The notes under the pieces are model-generated. The model searched no databases and was not told where the DNA came from. It saw nothing but the letters and a program-made list of their open reading frames with translations. A stretch of 64,000 nucleotides of DNA from Candidatus Binatia bacterium. GTDB lineage: Bacteria; Desulfobacterota; Binatia; UBA9968; CAXXLF01. Below are positions 1 through 64,000 of this stretch, piece by piece (positions within the stretch are counted from its first letter, which is position 1; each line of letters opens with the position of its first letter). The translations under genes and the position numbers were made by a program. The DNA lies in assembly GCA_963664015.2 (NCBI GenBank), contig CAXXLF010000002.1, positions 1 through 64,000 of the forward strand. Direction: 5' to 3'.

Positions 1-3446
<3,446 letters not shown>

Positions 3447-3650
3447 GGTAGTCTGCTGCCTCACTGGTGGTCCCTGTCGTCGCGTCGCCGAGTGAACAGC
3501 CACGGACGCCTCCTCCCCTTTTTCTCTCCGTCTCTGCGCGCTTACGAGGATTCTCATTACGAAGTGGGCGCTTATAAATGGGGTGGGGCTATTTCTGGTG
3601 TTGCTGATTCAGCACTATTCGGTCACGGGTTTCGTGTAGACAGAGTGGAG

Positions 3651-7615
<3,965 letters not shown>

Positions 7616-7668
7616 CTCAATTTTTCCGATCGACCTGTCAATTTTTATCCCATCGTGTGTTAGCCATG

Positions 7669-7721
7669 GCGCATGCGCTAACCAGTCCACCGCACCGTCA
7701 GCAGATTTTACGCGCATGCGC
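7669..7721. promoter_or_regulatory. Two NRF1-type palindromes upstream of SEC14L copy A
   Basis: GCGCATGCGC at 7669-7678 and 7712-7721, within the 135-bp gap between the FLCN stop and the next ATG. Confidence 0.6.
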
Positions 7722-7750
7722 TATTAGTACTACAGTCTAGTCGTGAGAAG

Positions 7751-10173
<2,423 letters not shown>

Positions 10174-10399
10174 ACCACACCCACCAAGACAATTTTCACT
10201 TTGCCTCAAATAATGTGGCATTGCAGCATGTATAAAAAAAAAATACAGCTTTGTCATTGCACTGTGAAATTTGCAGTGGAATGGTGGCTTACATTTGGCA
10301 AAGGGGTAGCTATGATAGGTCCTGGCTTATAGCCATTGCGCATGCGCTATATAGAACTTGGAGTTTGAGTGTAGTAGCTAGCTAGTGCAGAAGCAGAAG

Positions 10400-12516
<2,117 letters not shown>

Positions 12517-12670
12517 ACCACACCCACCAAGACTAATTTTCAACTCTGCCTCAAATTATGTGTGGCTATATTTAATTAATAGCACCTTGTATACTGTTGC
12601 CATGCGAAATAATAACGACGGGAGTTTGTATACACAATCAATCATTCTACGCGTGATGGAATCTCGCTGG

Positions 12671-14569
12671 TCATTTCTCAGAGTCTTGAAGTTTGTGAGG
12701 GTCTGTTTCTTCAGGCTGCACGGTAGCAGGTTCAGCTGGTTGGCGTTGCTCTGGTGACTCAACATCCCCTGCTATATTATAGAGATAATGAACTATGGAC
12801 GTAGGGCAGCAGTAAGGACTGTCTTACCAGTAGCAGCAGATGTCTGCTGTGAGCCATCACTAGTTGTGTTGGAAATGGCAGCTCCATATCTCTCCAATAC
12901 TTCAGGAGAGAGGTACTGTTTGATGGCCTCAATGCTGATGCCCCACAGTTCCTCTTGATATCCCTCATTCCTAGAGAAGAGAGAGAGGGGGGGGGGAGAG
13001 GGGGGAGGGGGTGACACAGTTGAAGTTTCAAGTCACAAGAGATGGATTCATAAAGTAAGTAGCTATGATATTATGGAGCCCAAGTTAGATTGATGTCTAT
13101 ACTTCGAAAAATAAGCATTGAGCTACAATTTTTGAAGTGTGCATATTCATGTATATACCTGGCAGTAACAGAGGGTTGCTTAGGAGAACAGTCGGCATAG
13201 TAGACACACTCTTCATTCTTCAACTCAGGATTCACAGCACAGTTGATGGTGGTGGCTGCACCTTCCTTCACGCCGCGCATGAAATCTATACAATATCACA
13301 CATGAGAGAGAGAGAGAGAGAGGGTGATGGTGTGTTGGAGGGTTGGTCGTGTTCTCACATGGGCCAAGCTTGCCAAAGAGGCCGACAGCAATGTTACTGC
13401 TCCCAGCCATGTTCCTCCACAACTCACTCTTAATCTGCAAACAACAACAACAACAAACAAACAAATTGAAACAACAAACACGAGGAGGGACTGACCACTC
13501 CAGGATGGAGAGAGGAAACAGTGATTCCCTTGTCATTTACTCTTCGCTGCATACTGAACGCAGTCATTACCTGCAGATTCAAACACCATTACGTATATAC
13601 CAAAACACATGAGAAGAATACACTCTCTATAGAAAAGCTCACGTTGTAGAGTTTAGAGTTTCTATAGGTGCCCATTCGATGGAAAGCGTCAGAGTCAATG
13701 TTGTTGGGTTCCCAGCAAGCTCCTTCGTGAGCAGTAGAGGCCACCCACACCACCCTACAATCACCTCCCCCTCCCCCTCCCCCTCCTCCTTCTCCTTCCC
13801 CAGCTGCTCCAGCTGCTGCCATGGCTGCAGCTGTCTCTTCCAGTGTAGGGAGGAGCTCCAGAGTCAGGAGAAATGGACTGAGATGGTTGACCTGTGGAGA
13901 AGAGAATGGCTGAACTATAATTATACCAACACACACACTACATAGGTCCACTAGGTATATACTGGTAGTTACTCAACACACAAGAAGTGTGAACTGTTTT
14001 GCATACCTGGTACATGATCTCATGGCCATCCTCAGTCCTCGCTGCAAACACGACCAAAATTAAAATTATTTTCGCACACTGCGACAAGTTTCACTCACTC
14101 AGTTGTTCAGCAAGTACTCCAGCATTGTTGATGAGGATGTGTAGAGGCAGGTTCTTGGCCTTGAAGGTGTCAGCACACGCCCGAGTGGAGCGAAAAGAAC
14201 CGAGATCTATTTCCAGCCCTTCCACCCTCACCTCCTGTCCCTCCCTCTCAGTAGCCAGCTCCCCTTTCATTCTCTCCACACACTGTATATATGCATGCAA
14301 AAACAGTCTCTGTCAGTTAGTAGCTAGTAATATAATATCAGTTAGCTAACTCCAGTGTGAATGCCTGTGTGTGTATTATATGAGAGAGAGTGTGTGTGTG
14401 AGCAGCTTACAGCCGTGGCTTTCTCGAGGGAGCGGCAGGCGACGAAAGTGTGGGCTCCCATGCCAGCCACTGCCTTGGCAGTCTCGTATCCGATGCCAGT
14501 GTTGGCGCCAGTCACCAACGCAACCTTTCCAGTCAGACTCACTGTCGGGTAAGAGAGAGAGGCACCCAT
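12671..14569 (-). CDS. Short-chain dehydrogenase/reductase, retinol dehydrogenase 11-14/WWOX-like
   Basis: [19 protein letters not shown]; HILINNAGV; [20 protein letters not shown]; RVVWVAS; YRNSK catalytic motif; SLHPGV; [10 protein letters not shown]. Last exon ends KLQDSEK* (12671-12673). Confidence 0.9.
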
Positions 14570-14798
14570 GACCCTCAGAACTAAGACGATCACAAGAAAG
14601 AGTTTGCAAAAGGGACGTGCTGCTGCATATAAAAGGTGACGTGCCACGCCCTTGTTTTTATTGCGCATGGGCAAACCAAGCCAGTGTGATGTGAAGAGGA
14701 TAGTATTGAGGTGCAAATACAAATGGGTAATTTGGGGTGCAGTAAGAGAGAGATATAAAATCAGAAAAGAAAGTGTTCACACACACACACGCGCGACA

Positions 14799-16801
14799 TC
14801 ATCTGTTCTTGAGATTGAGAAGATTATCAGTGAGAGAGGGTGTACTGCTCCCCTGCTCCTCTCTCGGAGTTGCCCTCCCAGACGGTTGCCGGGGGGTAGA
14901 GCTGGGGATGGAGCTAGGGGTGGAGCCTGGTGTCCGGACTCTCTGTGGCGTATAGCTCTGTCGGAGGGCCTTGTCCACCCCTCTACTGCTGCCCGGAGTA
15001 GCAGCTCGGGAGGCGAGTTTGCGAGCCGCAGGAGAGAGAAGTTGCAGCCTCTCTGCCGGTGTAGTGGGAGTTCCTCCTAGTCTCCTTCTCAGCAGAGCAG
15101 GGCTGGAGAGATAGGAGAGAGAGGGATTTTTCACACACAAACACACACACAGGAAACCCAAATTCCAGTCTTATACACACCACTGAAGTTTCCCACGACA
15201 GATTCAGAAGTAAGATCACACACACGGACTGAAACATCTCAAGGCAGGAAACCCACTCATACTACTAAACCACTGAGGGACATAATCTGGGTAAAATACT
15301 CTGTGTCCTGACCTTGCAGCGGTGGCAGCAGCAGCCTTCCTTCTCTCTCTAGTTGACCTCGAGGCCGTGTCGGCCAATCTGTGAGCCAACTCCTCGCGAC
15401 GGGTGACAGTCGGTATCTTGAATGTGGGGCCGTGAGCAGGTGTGACGTCCGTTTCAAGGTGGACTGGAGTACCCTCTATTGATCCCCACGTCATGAGGGG
15501 GGAAGCGTCCACACCTGATATAGAAATTAGGTAATGATTACCTCATCAATATACATTACATCATCAATAATAATTACACATTATTACATCATCACAATTC
15601 TGACCTGGTTGTATCTGAGGTGTCGCTACAAATCCGTATCCGTTGACTTGTGGTGAGGCGCTGGGATCCAGTACCTTACCGTCCACCCCAACTTTATCCT
15701 TGCTCTTCTTCTCCCCCTCTCCCTCTCCCGTGGCCCCGCCCCTCATTGCTCCGTGCAACTTACGGAGGAAGGCCCCGGGGAGTCGCGTGTTAGAGTGAAC
15801 AACCTCTCTCTTCCTGGCTGGGTCGGATACCTTCTCCATGACACTCTGGTCCAGACCCTCAGGGATGTACATGAGAGAGTTCTTTGCAGTATAGGTCCAG
15901 CTCTCCACTCCACTTCTCTCCGGTTCCTCCCTCCTTACCACAGCCTTGCTAGCAGTGGTCTTCTCACTCCCTCCCTCGCTACCATCAGTGATGGCAAGCC
16001 GCAGTTCAGGCCCCTCTATACTCCTACTGTACTCAACCTCCTTCTCAAATAGCCAGGCGTGCTTCTCTCTGTTCTGAGCCTTGGTCCTCTCCATGATCTC
16101 CGAAAACGAAGCGTCGTCTTCGCTCTGGTATTTGGAGAGAAATTTGTCGAGTGTGTGGTCTTCGGGTTTGACACTAGTTGTATCTGTTGGTCCCTCTTGG
16201 TCCCCCTTGGTCCCAGTGGTAGTGTTGGTAGCTCTGTGGGGAGTTTGGTTGTGAAGTGGTGTCTCAAATGTCGACGGAGTGGCATTAGGAGCAGCTGCAA
16301 AAAACACAAAAATTGGAAAATTTTAGTGGGGTTGTGTTTTTGTATTTTTGACCTGTCTATGGAGATTTTTGTGTGGCGTACGAATGACTCTTAATATGGG
16401 AGTGTTTTGTGTGTGTGTGTGTGTGTGTGTATGTGTGTGTGTCCTACCGCTACTGGGGTTGGGGGTACGTATGATGGTTGGGAATCTCTCAGATATGGCT
16501 CTCAATCTCTCGTAGTCGTTGGTTTCAGAGGCCTCAATGAACTCCAGCTGTGCCTCAAGTTTCGCCACGTCGGGGAAGAAATCTCGCCTCACTATCTTTG
16601 TCAGAGCCTGCATGTGTGTGTGTGAGAGAGAGAGCTTGATGGGTGTGTAAATGATGTCATCCTTACGTCAGTGAATTCGTCTTCCTCTAGAGAGGTCTTT
16701 GGCGGCCTTTTCCTGGTCGAGGAGGAGGTAGAGACGCTCACTACAGTTCCTCCTCCTTCGCCCCGCTGAACCACCGCCTTAATACCTGGGGAAGAAGACA
16801 T
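14799..16801 (-). CDS. ESS2: Splicing factor ESS-2 homolog (DGCR14)
   Basis: LEEDEFTDALTKIVRRDFFPDV.KL; LDKFLSKYQSEDDASFSEIM; W.YTAKNSLMYIPEG; VNGYGFVATP; SPLMTWGSIEGTP; GPTFKIP; LSPAARKL; DKALRQSYTP; SLTDNLLNL. Confidence 0.93.
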
Positions 16802-17012
16802 GACGAACGTTCACGGTAGTTCGGATTGAACTTTGACCCTGCTCCTAAACCACGCCCACAGTGACCATCTTGCGCATGGCGGCCAGCTGTTGTCACGAGT
16901 TACTGAACAACGGTGGCCGGAGGGGGCGTTTTCTTTGTCTCCTGTGGCAGAATCAGAGAGCCTGCGGCGATCTAGCTCGGAGGCAAGTCACTGAGAACCT
17001 ACAGACCTTGCA

Positions 17013-19988
<2,976 letters not shown>

Positions 19989-20227
19989 CCACACACACAC
20001 ACCACACACAAAACAGAAACGTTTTGTCGCTAAATACATGTATCGCACCTTTTTCGAAAGCGTTCGCCAGCTAGTTCACAGAAATAGCTAAGAAACATGA
20101 GATGCTGGCTTACAAAATGAGCAATCAAAACCCTAAAGGTCTAGTCTATAGCCTAACCTAAAGCCTCAGTACCTACACACAACTAACAAAATCAGTCAGA
20201 AAATCCGAAAGAAGCGCAATTCGGAGT

Positions 20228-36048
<15,821 letters not shown>

Positions 36049-36140
36049 GTCCAGCAAACTTTCCTCTTCTTGTTCGGAAGAACGCAAAGTTCGTCGGTTC
36101 CTGGCCAGCGGCCAAGTTTTAGCGTGTTCGCAATCGTCAC

Positions 36141-36150
36141 GCGCATGCGC
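36141..36150. promoter_or_regulatory. NRF1-type palindrome in the aGPCR1/RFC2 bidirectional promoter
   Basis: GCGCATGCGC in the 135-bp head-to-head gap. The RFC2 start also sits in AAGATGGCGG (YY1-like). Confidence 0.6.
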
Positions 36151-36183
36151 AGACCTTGGGAGCCGCGAACTTCGCGGGAAAAG

Positions 36184-38337
<2,154 letters not shown>

Positions 38338-38461
38338 CTCATGACACACACTTTCTCCATGTTACACACACACACACTATCTTTATGCACTGCGCAGTAA
38401 AACGAACCAAGTTTCATTGCTTTACAATAGACCATGAATTACTTACACAATATGAAACACC

Positions 38462-39463
38462 CTAGTTTGGTTGCAGTCCCTCCGCAAGGTAGAGTTTTCC
38501 GAATGCGGCGCCGGCAATCTCCGATATCTGCTTGCAGCGCAGGTCCACTTGTTCCCCGACCAGGAGAGCGTCCAGCCGCTGCGGGGGGACCACTGGCTTC
38601 AAGTTCAGCTCCTGCTCGACTGCTTCATCCGTCACTGGCAGTTGAGGCTCCCCCGACTTCTCCCTGCGTTCGTTCTCCTCCTTCCTCCGCTGCAGGAACT
38701 GCTGCTTCTGCTGCGCCTGTTTCGAGATGTTCTTCTCGTAGCCGAGAAGTCGGTACGTCTCGAGTTGTAGTGCCTCCACGTTCTCCATGAGGAGCTGGAC
38801 GTTCTTCTGGAAGACTTCGCTGGCTGAGAGGTCGAGGAGGGAGTTGGGAGGGAGGGTGGTGGAGTGAGGGAGCTCGTGGAGGAGGACTGAGGTGAGGCGA
38901 GAGGCTCGCAGGGTCACTGGGATCTCGACTAAGATATCGCTGTGGACAACTCCAGCTTGTTGGACACCCTCGGGGGAGAACTGCTCCGTGTTATCCATTA
39001 GAGAGAGGATTTTAGGGGTGAGACGGTAGGCCTTGAGGCTGAGAGCGCCGCGGGACGTCTGCAGAGGGTCATAGATTATCACCACCGACTCTTTTATGGC
39101 TCGCTGGTAGCCCACGTGAGTCTCGAGAAACTCACGTGACACGTGGGAACCGAGGTAAGTCGACTGATACCAACCGACCTCGTGGTAATCCATGTTCACG
39201 GTTCGCAGCTTCTTGAGAACGCTTCTCTGGTACTCGGCCTCCTCGCGAGGGCTCTCAGTGTCCTTGGGGAAAGGGAAACAGTTACTGACTTCGAGCGTGT
39301 CGACAATGACCACGCCCACAAGGCACCCCGTCACCCACTCGCTCCCGCTGCCCTCTTCTTGGCAGTGTTTGATGATCTTGAGCGCCACGCTCCCGTCCAG
39401 CTGAACTTGACGCACCTCCCCGACGCTCCCTCTCGGCTTCCCGCCGCCTGGATGACTCGCCAT
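38462..39463 (-). CDS. EIF3H: Eukaryotic translation initiation factor 3 subunit H (MPN domain), uninterrupted ORF
   Basis: VRQVQLDGSVALKIIKHCQEEG; LEVSNCFPFP; LRTVNMDYHEVGWYQST; ESVVIIYDP; LSLKAYRLT; RRKEENERR..GEPQLP; PPQRLDALL; GKLYLAEGLQ. Confidence 0.93.
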   Translation of the reverse strand: MASHPGGGKPRGSVGEVRQVQLDGSVALKIIKHCQEEGSGSEWVTGCLVGVVIVDTLEVSNCFPFPKDTESPREEAEYQRSVLKKLRTVNMDYHEVGWYQSTYLGSHVSREFLETHVGYQRAIKESVVIIYDPLQTSRGALSLKAYRLTPKILSLMDNTEQFSPEGVQQAGVVHSDILVEIPVTLRASRLTSVLLHELPHSTTLPPNSLLDLSASEVFQKNVQLLMENVEALQLETYRLLGYEKNISKQAQQKQQFLQRRKEENERREKSGEPQLPVTDEAVEQELNLKPVVPPQRLDALLVGEQVDLRCKQISEIAGAAFGKLYLAEGLQPN

Positions 39464-39524
39464 AACCTTCTCCCTTAGCAACACACGTACACGATACACA
39501 CACGTGCGGTGTCCGATGATTTGA

Positions 39525-39536
39525 TGCGCATGCGCA
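39525..39536. promoter_or_regulatory. Perfect NRF1 palindrome in the EIF3H/aGPCR2 bidirectional promoter
   Basis: TGCGCATGCGCA in the 164-bp head-to-head gap. Confidence 0.65.
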
Positions 39537-39627
39537 AATCATTCGGCGAATTTCTTGGTGAACTTGCGATTGCATCTATGTAGAGCTGTGGTTTATTCAG
39601 ATTGTAAACCTGCTCTCTGAACTTTGA

Positions 39628-51064
<11,437 letters not shown>

Positions 51065-51183
51065 CAATTCCAGTCATGTTTTTCCTGTTTAGTAACTCCT
51101 CTTATCCTTGACATAATAAGTGTGTATCAGGGTGTAGTATAATGCTGCTTGTCGCACGTGCAGTGCACGTGGCGCGCGTTTCC

Positions 51184-51195
51184 TGCGCATGCGCA
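51184..51195. promoter_or_regulatory. Perfect NRF1 palindrome upstream of the ependymin-related gene
   Basis: TGCGCATGCGCA ~120 bp before ATG 51317. Confidence 0.6.
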
Positions 51196-51316
51196 ACATG
51201 GCATCACCCCTCGTGACTCGTCCGATTTTTGCGGGTACCGCGCCGCGACTGCAGAGTTCTCCAGGGTTGTTGCAAAAAGTCCTCCACTCGCTGCTTCTTC
51301 TACTGGACGGACCACG

Positions 51317-52155
51317 ATGCTGAAAGTCGCAGTATTTCTTGCCCTGGCTGCCGTCTGCCTGGCGCAGACCCCTAATAGGCCCAACATCGCCGAGACCTTC
51401 TCCAGCGCTGTGAGTGAATGGGCTGTTTTTCTTGCGACAAGGGAATGATGCTGTATGCTGTTCTCCAGGGTAATTTCGAGGTGCATGATACTCGAGGGAC
51501 GTTCTTCGGACAGTGTAAGGATTGTTTCTACGTTCGCTTTGCCTGATCCAATATTATCCCTCCCTCCCTCCCTCCCTCCCACCCCCTCTCTTCCTTGTTT
51601 GAAGTTATCGTCGACAGGGACCAGAGCAAGAATATGGGTGTGGAGAATGCAACATTCAAAACAGACGATGCTGTAGGACACTATGAAACACTGGAGCTCT
51701 ACAGCACTGGAGACAGATACACAGTCAGACAGTAGGTTCTATGCTGTCGTAGGTTGTGTAAAGGTTGTCGTGTGTGTGTGTGTGTGTGTGTAGAGAGGGT
51801 AGCGGTGAACCCCACTGTGAGATGGAGAAGGTTACAGGAAATCTGCCTCAGTACTGGAGCTGGGTTTCTCTGGCCAGTTACACGGGCAATTTCACTTTCC
51901 ATGAGGTGGTATATGACTCTTGGACTGCCAGCGTAAGCTACTGTTTTTTCCATGTGCACTCAACACTGTGTGACCTATGACATTCAGTTTGGTGGAGTCG
52001 AACTGAGTGTGTTGGTGCCAATGACAGACCCAAACACACCCAAGTTTTTCAGGCGCAAGATGGGCCCGTTCATAATTGGATTCGAGTTCACGACGTTCTC
52101 CACAACTGAGCCTCCAGCTAAAGATTTCACTGTTCCAACAGCTTGCAGCCAGTGA
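51317..52155 (+). CDS. Secreted ependymin-related (EPDR/LolA-fold) protein, 5 exons
   Basis: Signal peptide MLKVAVFLALAAVCLA then QTPNRPNIAETFSS; central HCEMEKVTGNLPQYWSWV; YDSW; C-terminal FTTFSTTEPPAKDFTVPTACSQ*, resembling the EPDR F-x-x-P-x-x-C terminus. Confidence 0.65.
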
Positions 52156-52598
52156 ACGTCTGAAAAAACATGAACTGTTGGTGTTTATACATGACACTTT
52201 TTGAGTTGTAATCTGCTTTGTAGAGTATATATAAAAACATTGTGATATTGATATCAGAGAAGTTATGGATGTGGGTCACATGACAATGAATATGGTTAAG
52301 AGGAGTAAAAAATCTTGTGTGAATTCGTATTAGTTGGTGTGGTATCAGGTGATTTTTGAGTGCACACTGCACTAAAGGAGTCTGTGGCCTGCAGTCAGGG
52401 CTGCAGTTACTACGGGGACCTGAGGTCACAAGGTGTGTGAGAAGCCACTCTCAGTATCTACACACACACACTGTGGTCCATACACTGCAGGAGTCACCAG
52501 CTGCACTGCTCACTGTCTGGTCTCACTGGTGACAGAAAAACAGCAACAACTTCGTTTTGTGGGTTGCGTTTTGGAGAATTTGTGTGTGTTGTGTGTGG

Positions 52599-53640
<1,042 letters not shown>

Positions 53641-54173
53641 GCTCACACACCTCCACGTGCACGCCGAGTATCCGGAAGTACGTACGGAGGTGATAATTGA
53701 GGGCGGAACTATTGGGGGGCGTGGTCTGCACAGTGTCAAAGACGCTTCATTGTCGTACGATGGACAGAAGTTGGTGACAAAGGACACAAGGGAATGCGCT
53801 GCTGGCATCATACTTTACTGGCTGCCTGAGAGTGAGTTGGTCGGTTAGAGCGTAGATAGTAAAGAGAGAGACAGAGTGCCGTAGAAAGCGCGCCTGTTTC
53901 AGCCTATAATTTTTCTGGTGGTAGCTACATATGTACATAGTTGTCACCTGGTGAATTAGTAGCGACAAAGTTTGTCCGTCTTTGTTCGCTCGCTTACCAA
54001 AACCACGGTTACCGAGTGCCTGCTAATGGCTCAGGTGCGTCGCGGACGCTGCTCTACCGTACATACATGTAGCCCTGTCCTTGTGTGTGTGTTGTTTTGT
54101 TACTGGCGGTGGGTCACGTGTGAATATACCACAAGTTCGCTTTTCCCCTACCCACAGTTTGTCTGAGAGTGAT

Positions 54174-58238
<4,065 letters not shown>

Positions 58239-58242
58239 GACT

Positions 58243-58274
<32 letters not shown>

Positions 58275-58759
58275 TCATTGCCTGTCCATGCCACGTCATG
58301 CCCTCTCCCCCTTACTCCTGAAATCATCTCTATTTATTGCACACCCGCACGTCTCGCATGTTATTGTACCCATCTCTTTCCTTCAAATGGGAAGGTCCCT
58401 TCTTCAGTCATTAGCAGAGGACTCCGATTTAATCTCTGTGTGTGTGTGTGTCGTTATTTTGTGTGTGATTATTTTGTGTTGATTATTTACGACACCTTTG
58501 ATGTCTTGATAATTTATTTCCGTCATTTCTTGTTGTCTGTTTTTTTGTTGTTGTTGAGCATCAAGTGTATACAATTATTGTCGCGATTTGTGTCAAAATG
58601 TTGATCTCTATATACAATCAATATATGCAGTATACATACAATCTACACATACACATGTACACATACTGTACATACAACTACGCACACACATGTACGCATA
58701 CATGTACACACACACAACTGATCGACACACAAATGCACAACAGTTTTCAGCGTTCAGGT

Positions 58760-63817
<5,058 letters not shown>

Positions 63818-64000
63818 CTCCCTCTCTGTTGCAACTGAGGGTATTCTTTTTAGTGCGCACCTTGCTTCATTTGGTGTGTGGGGGTGGAGCTCTACGTCAT
63901 TGAAATGGGCGGGGCTAGTTAGTTCTGCTAACACGTGAAACGTGATGGAAGAAGGATCGACTGCTGCTCGGCCGCCGTGGCTGAGAGACGGGGAGCTGCT

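Overview
Eukaryotic, very gene-dense, intron-rich genomic DNA from an early-branching animal. The gene content, short introns full of (CA)n/(TG)n/(CT)n repeats and NRF1-type promoter palindromes point to a demosponge, but that is inference. I spliced 15 loci by eye. In order: an atypical soluble guanylate cyclase (-, runs off the left edge), folliculin (+), two tandem SEC14L/CRAL-TRIO+GOLD copies (+, the second with two in-frame stops), an RDH-type SDR (-), ESS2 (-), DNAAF11/LRRC6 (+), a giant adhesion GPCR with ~21 Ig domains (-), RFC2 (+), intronless EIF3H (-), a second giant adhesion GPCR with NIDO + ~18 Ig (+), an ependymin-related protein (+), SPRING1 (-), RNFT1/2 (+) and ANKRD13 (-). Two non-autonomous DNA-transposon families sit in introns. 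The best candidate for a novel system is the pair of paralogous Ig-array adhesion GPCRs. They face away from each other around RFC2/EIF3H, are built mostly from symmetric phase 1-1 Ig cassette exons (one block recently triplicated), carry runs of Ig domains with a conserved third cysteine, and one contains a tandem RFX X-box pair near its membrane-proximal exons. Also notable are an O2-sensor signature in the sGC and many 3' splice sites formed directly by CA/TG microsatellites. Exon boundaries were read manually and are approximate. No database search was run.
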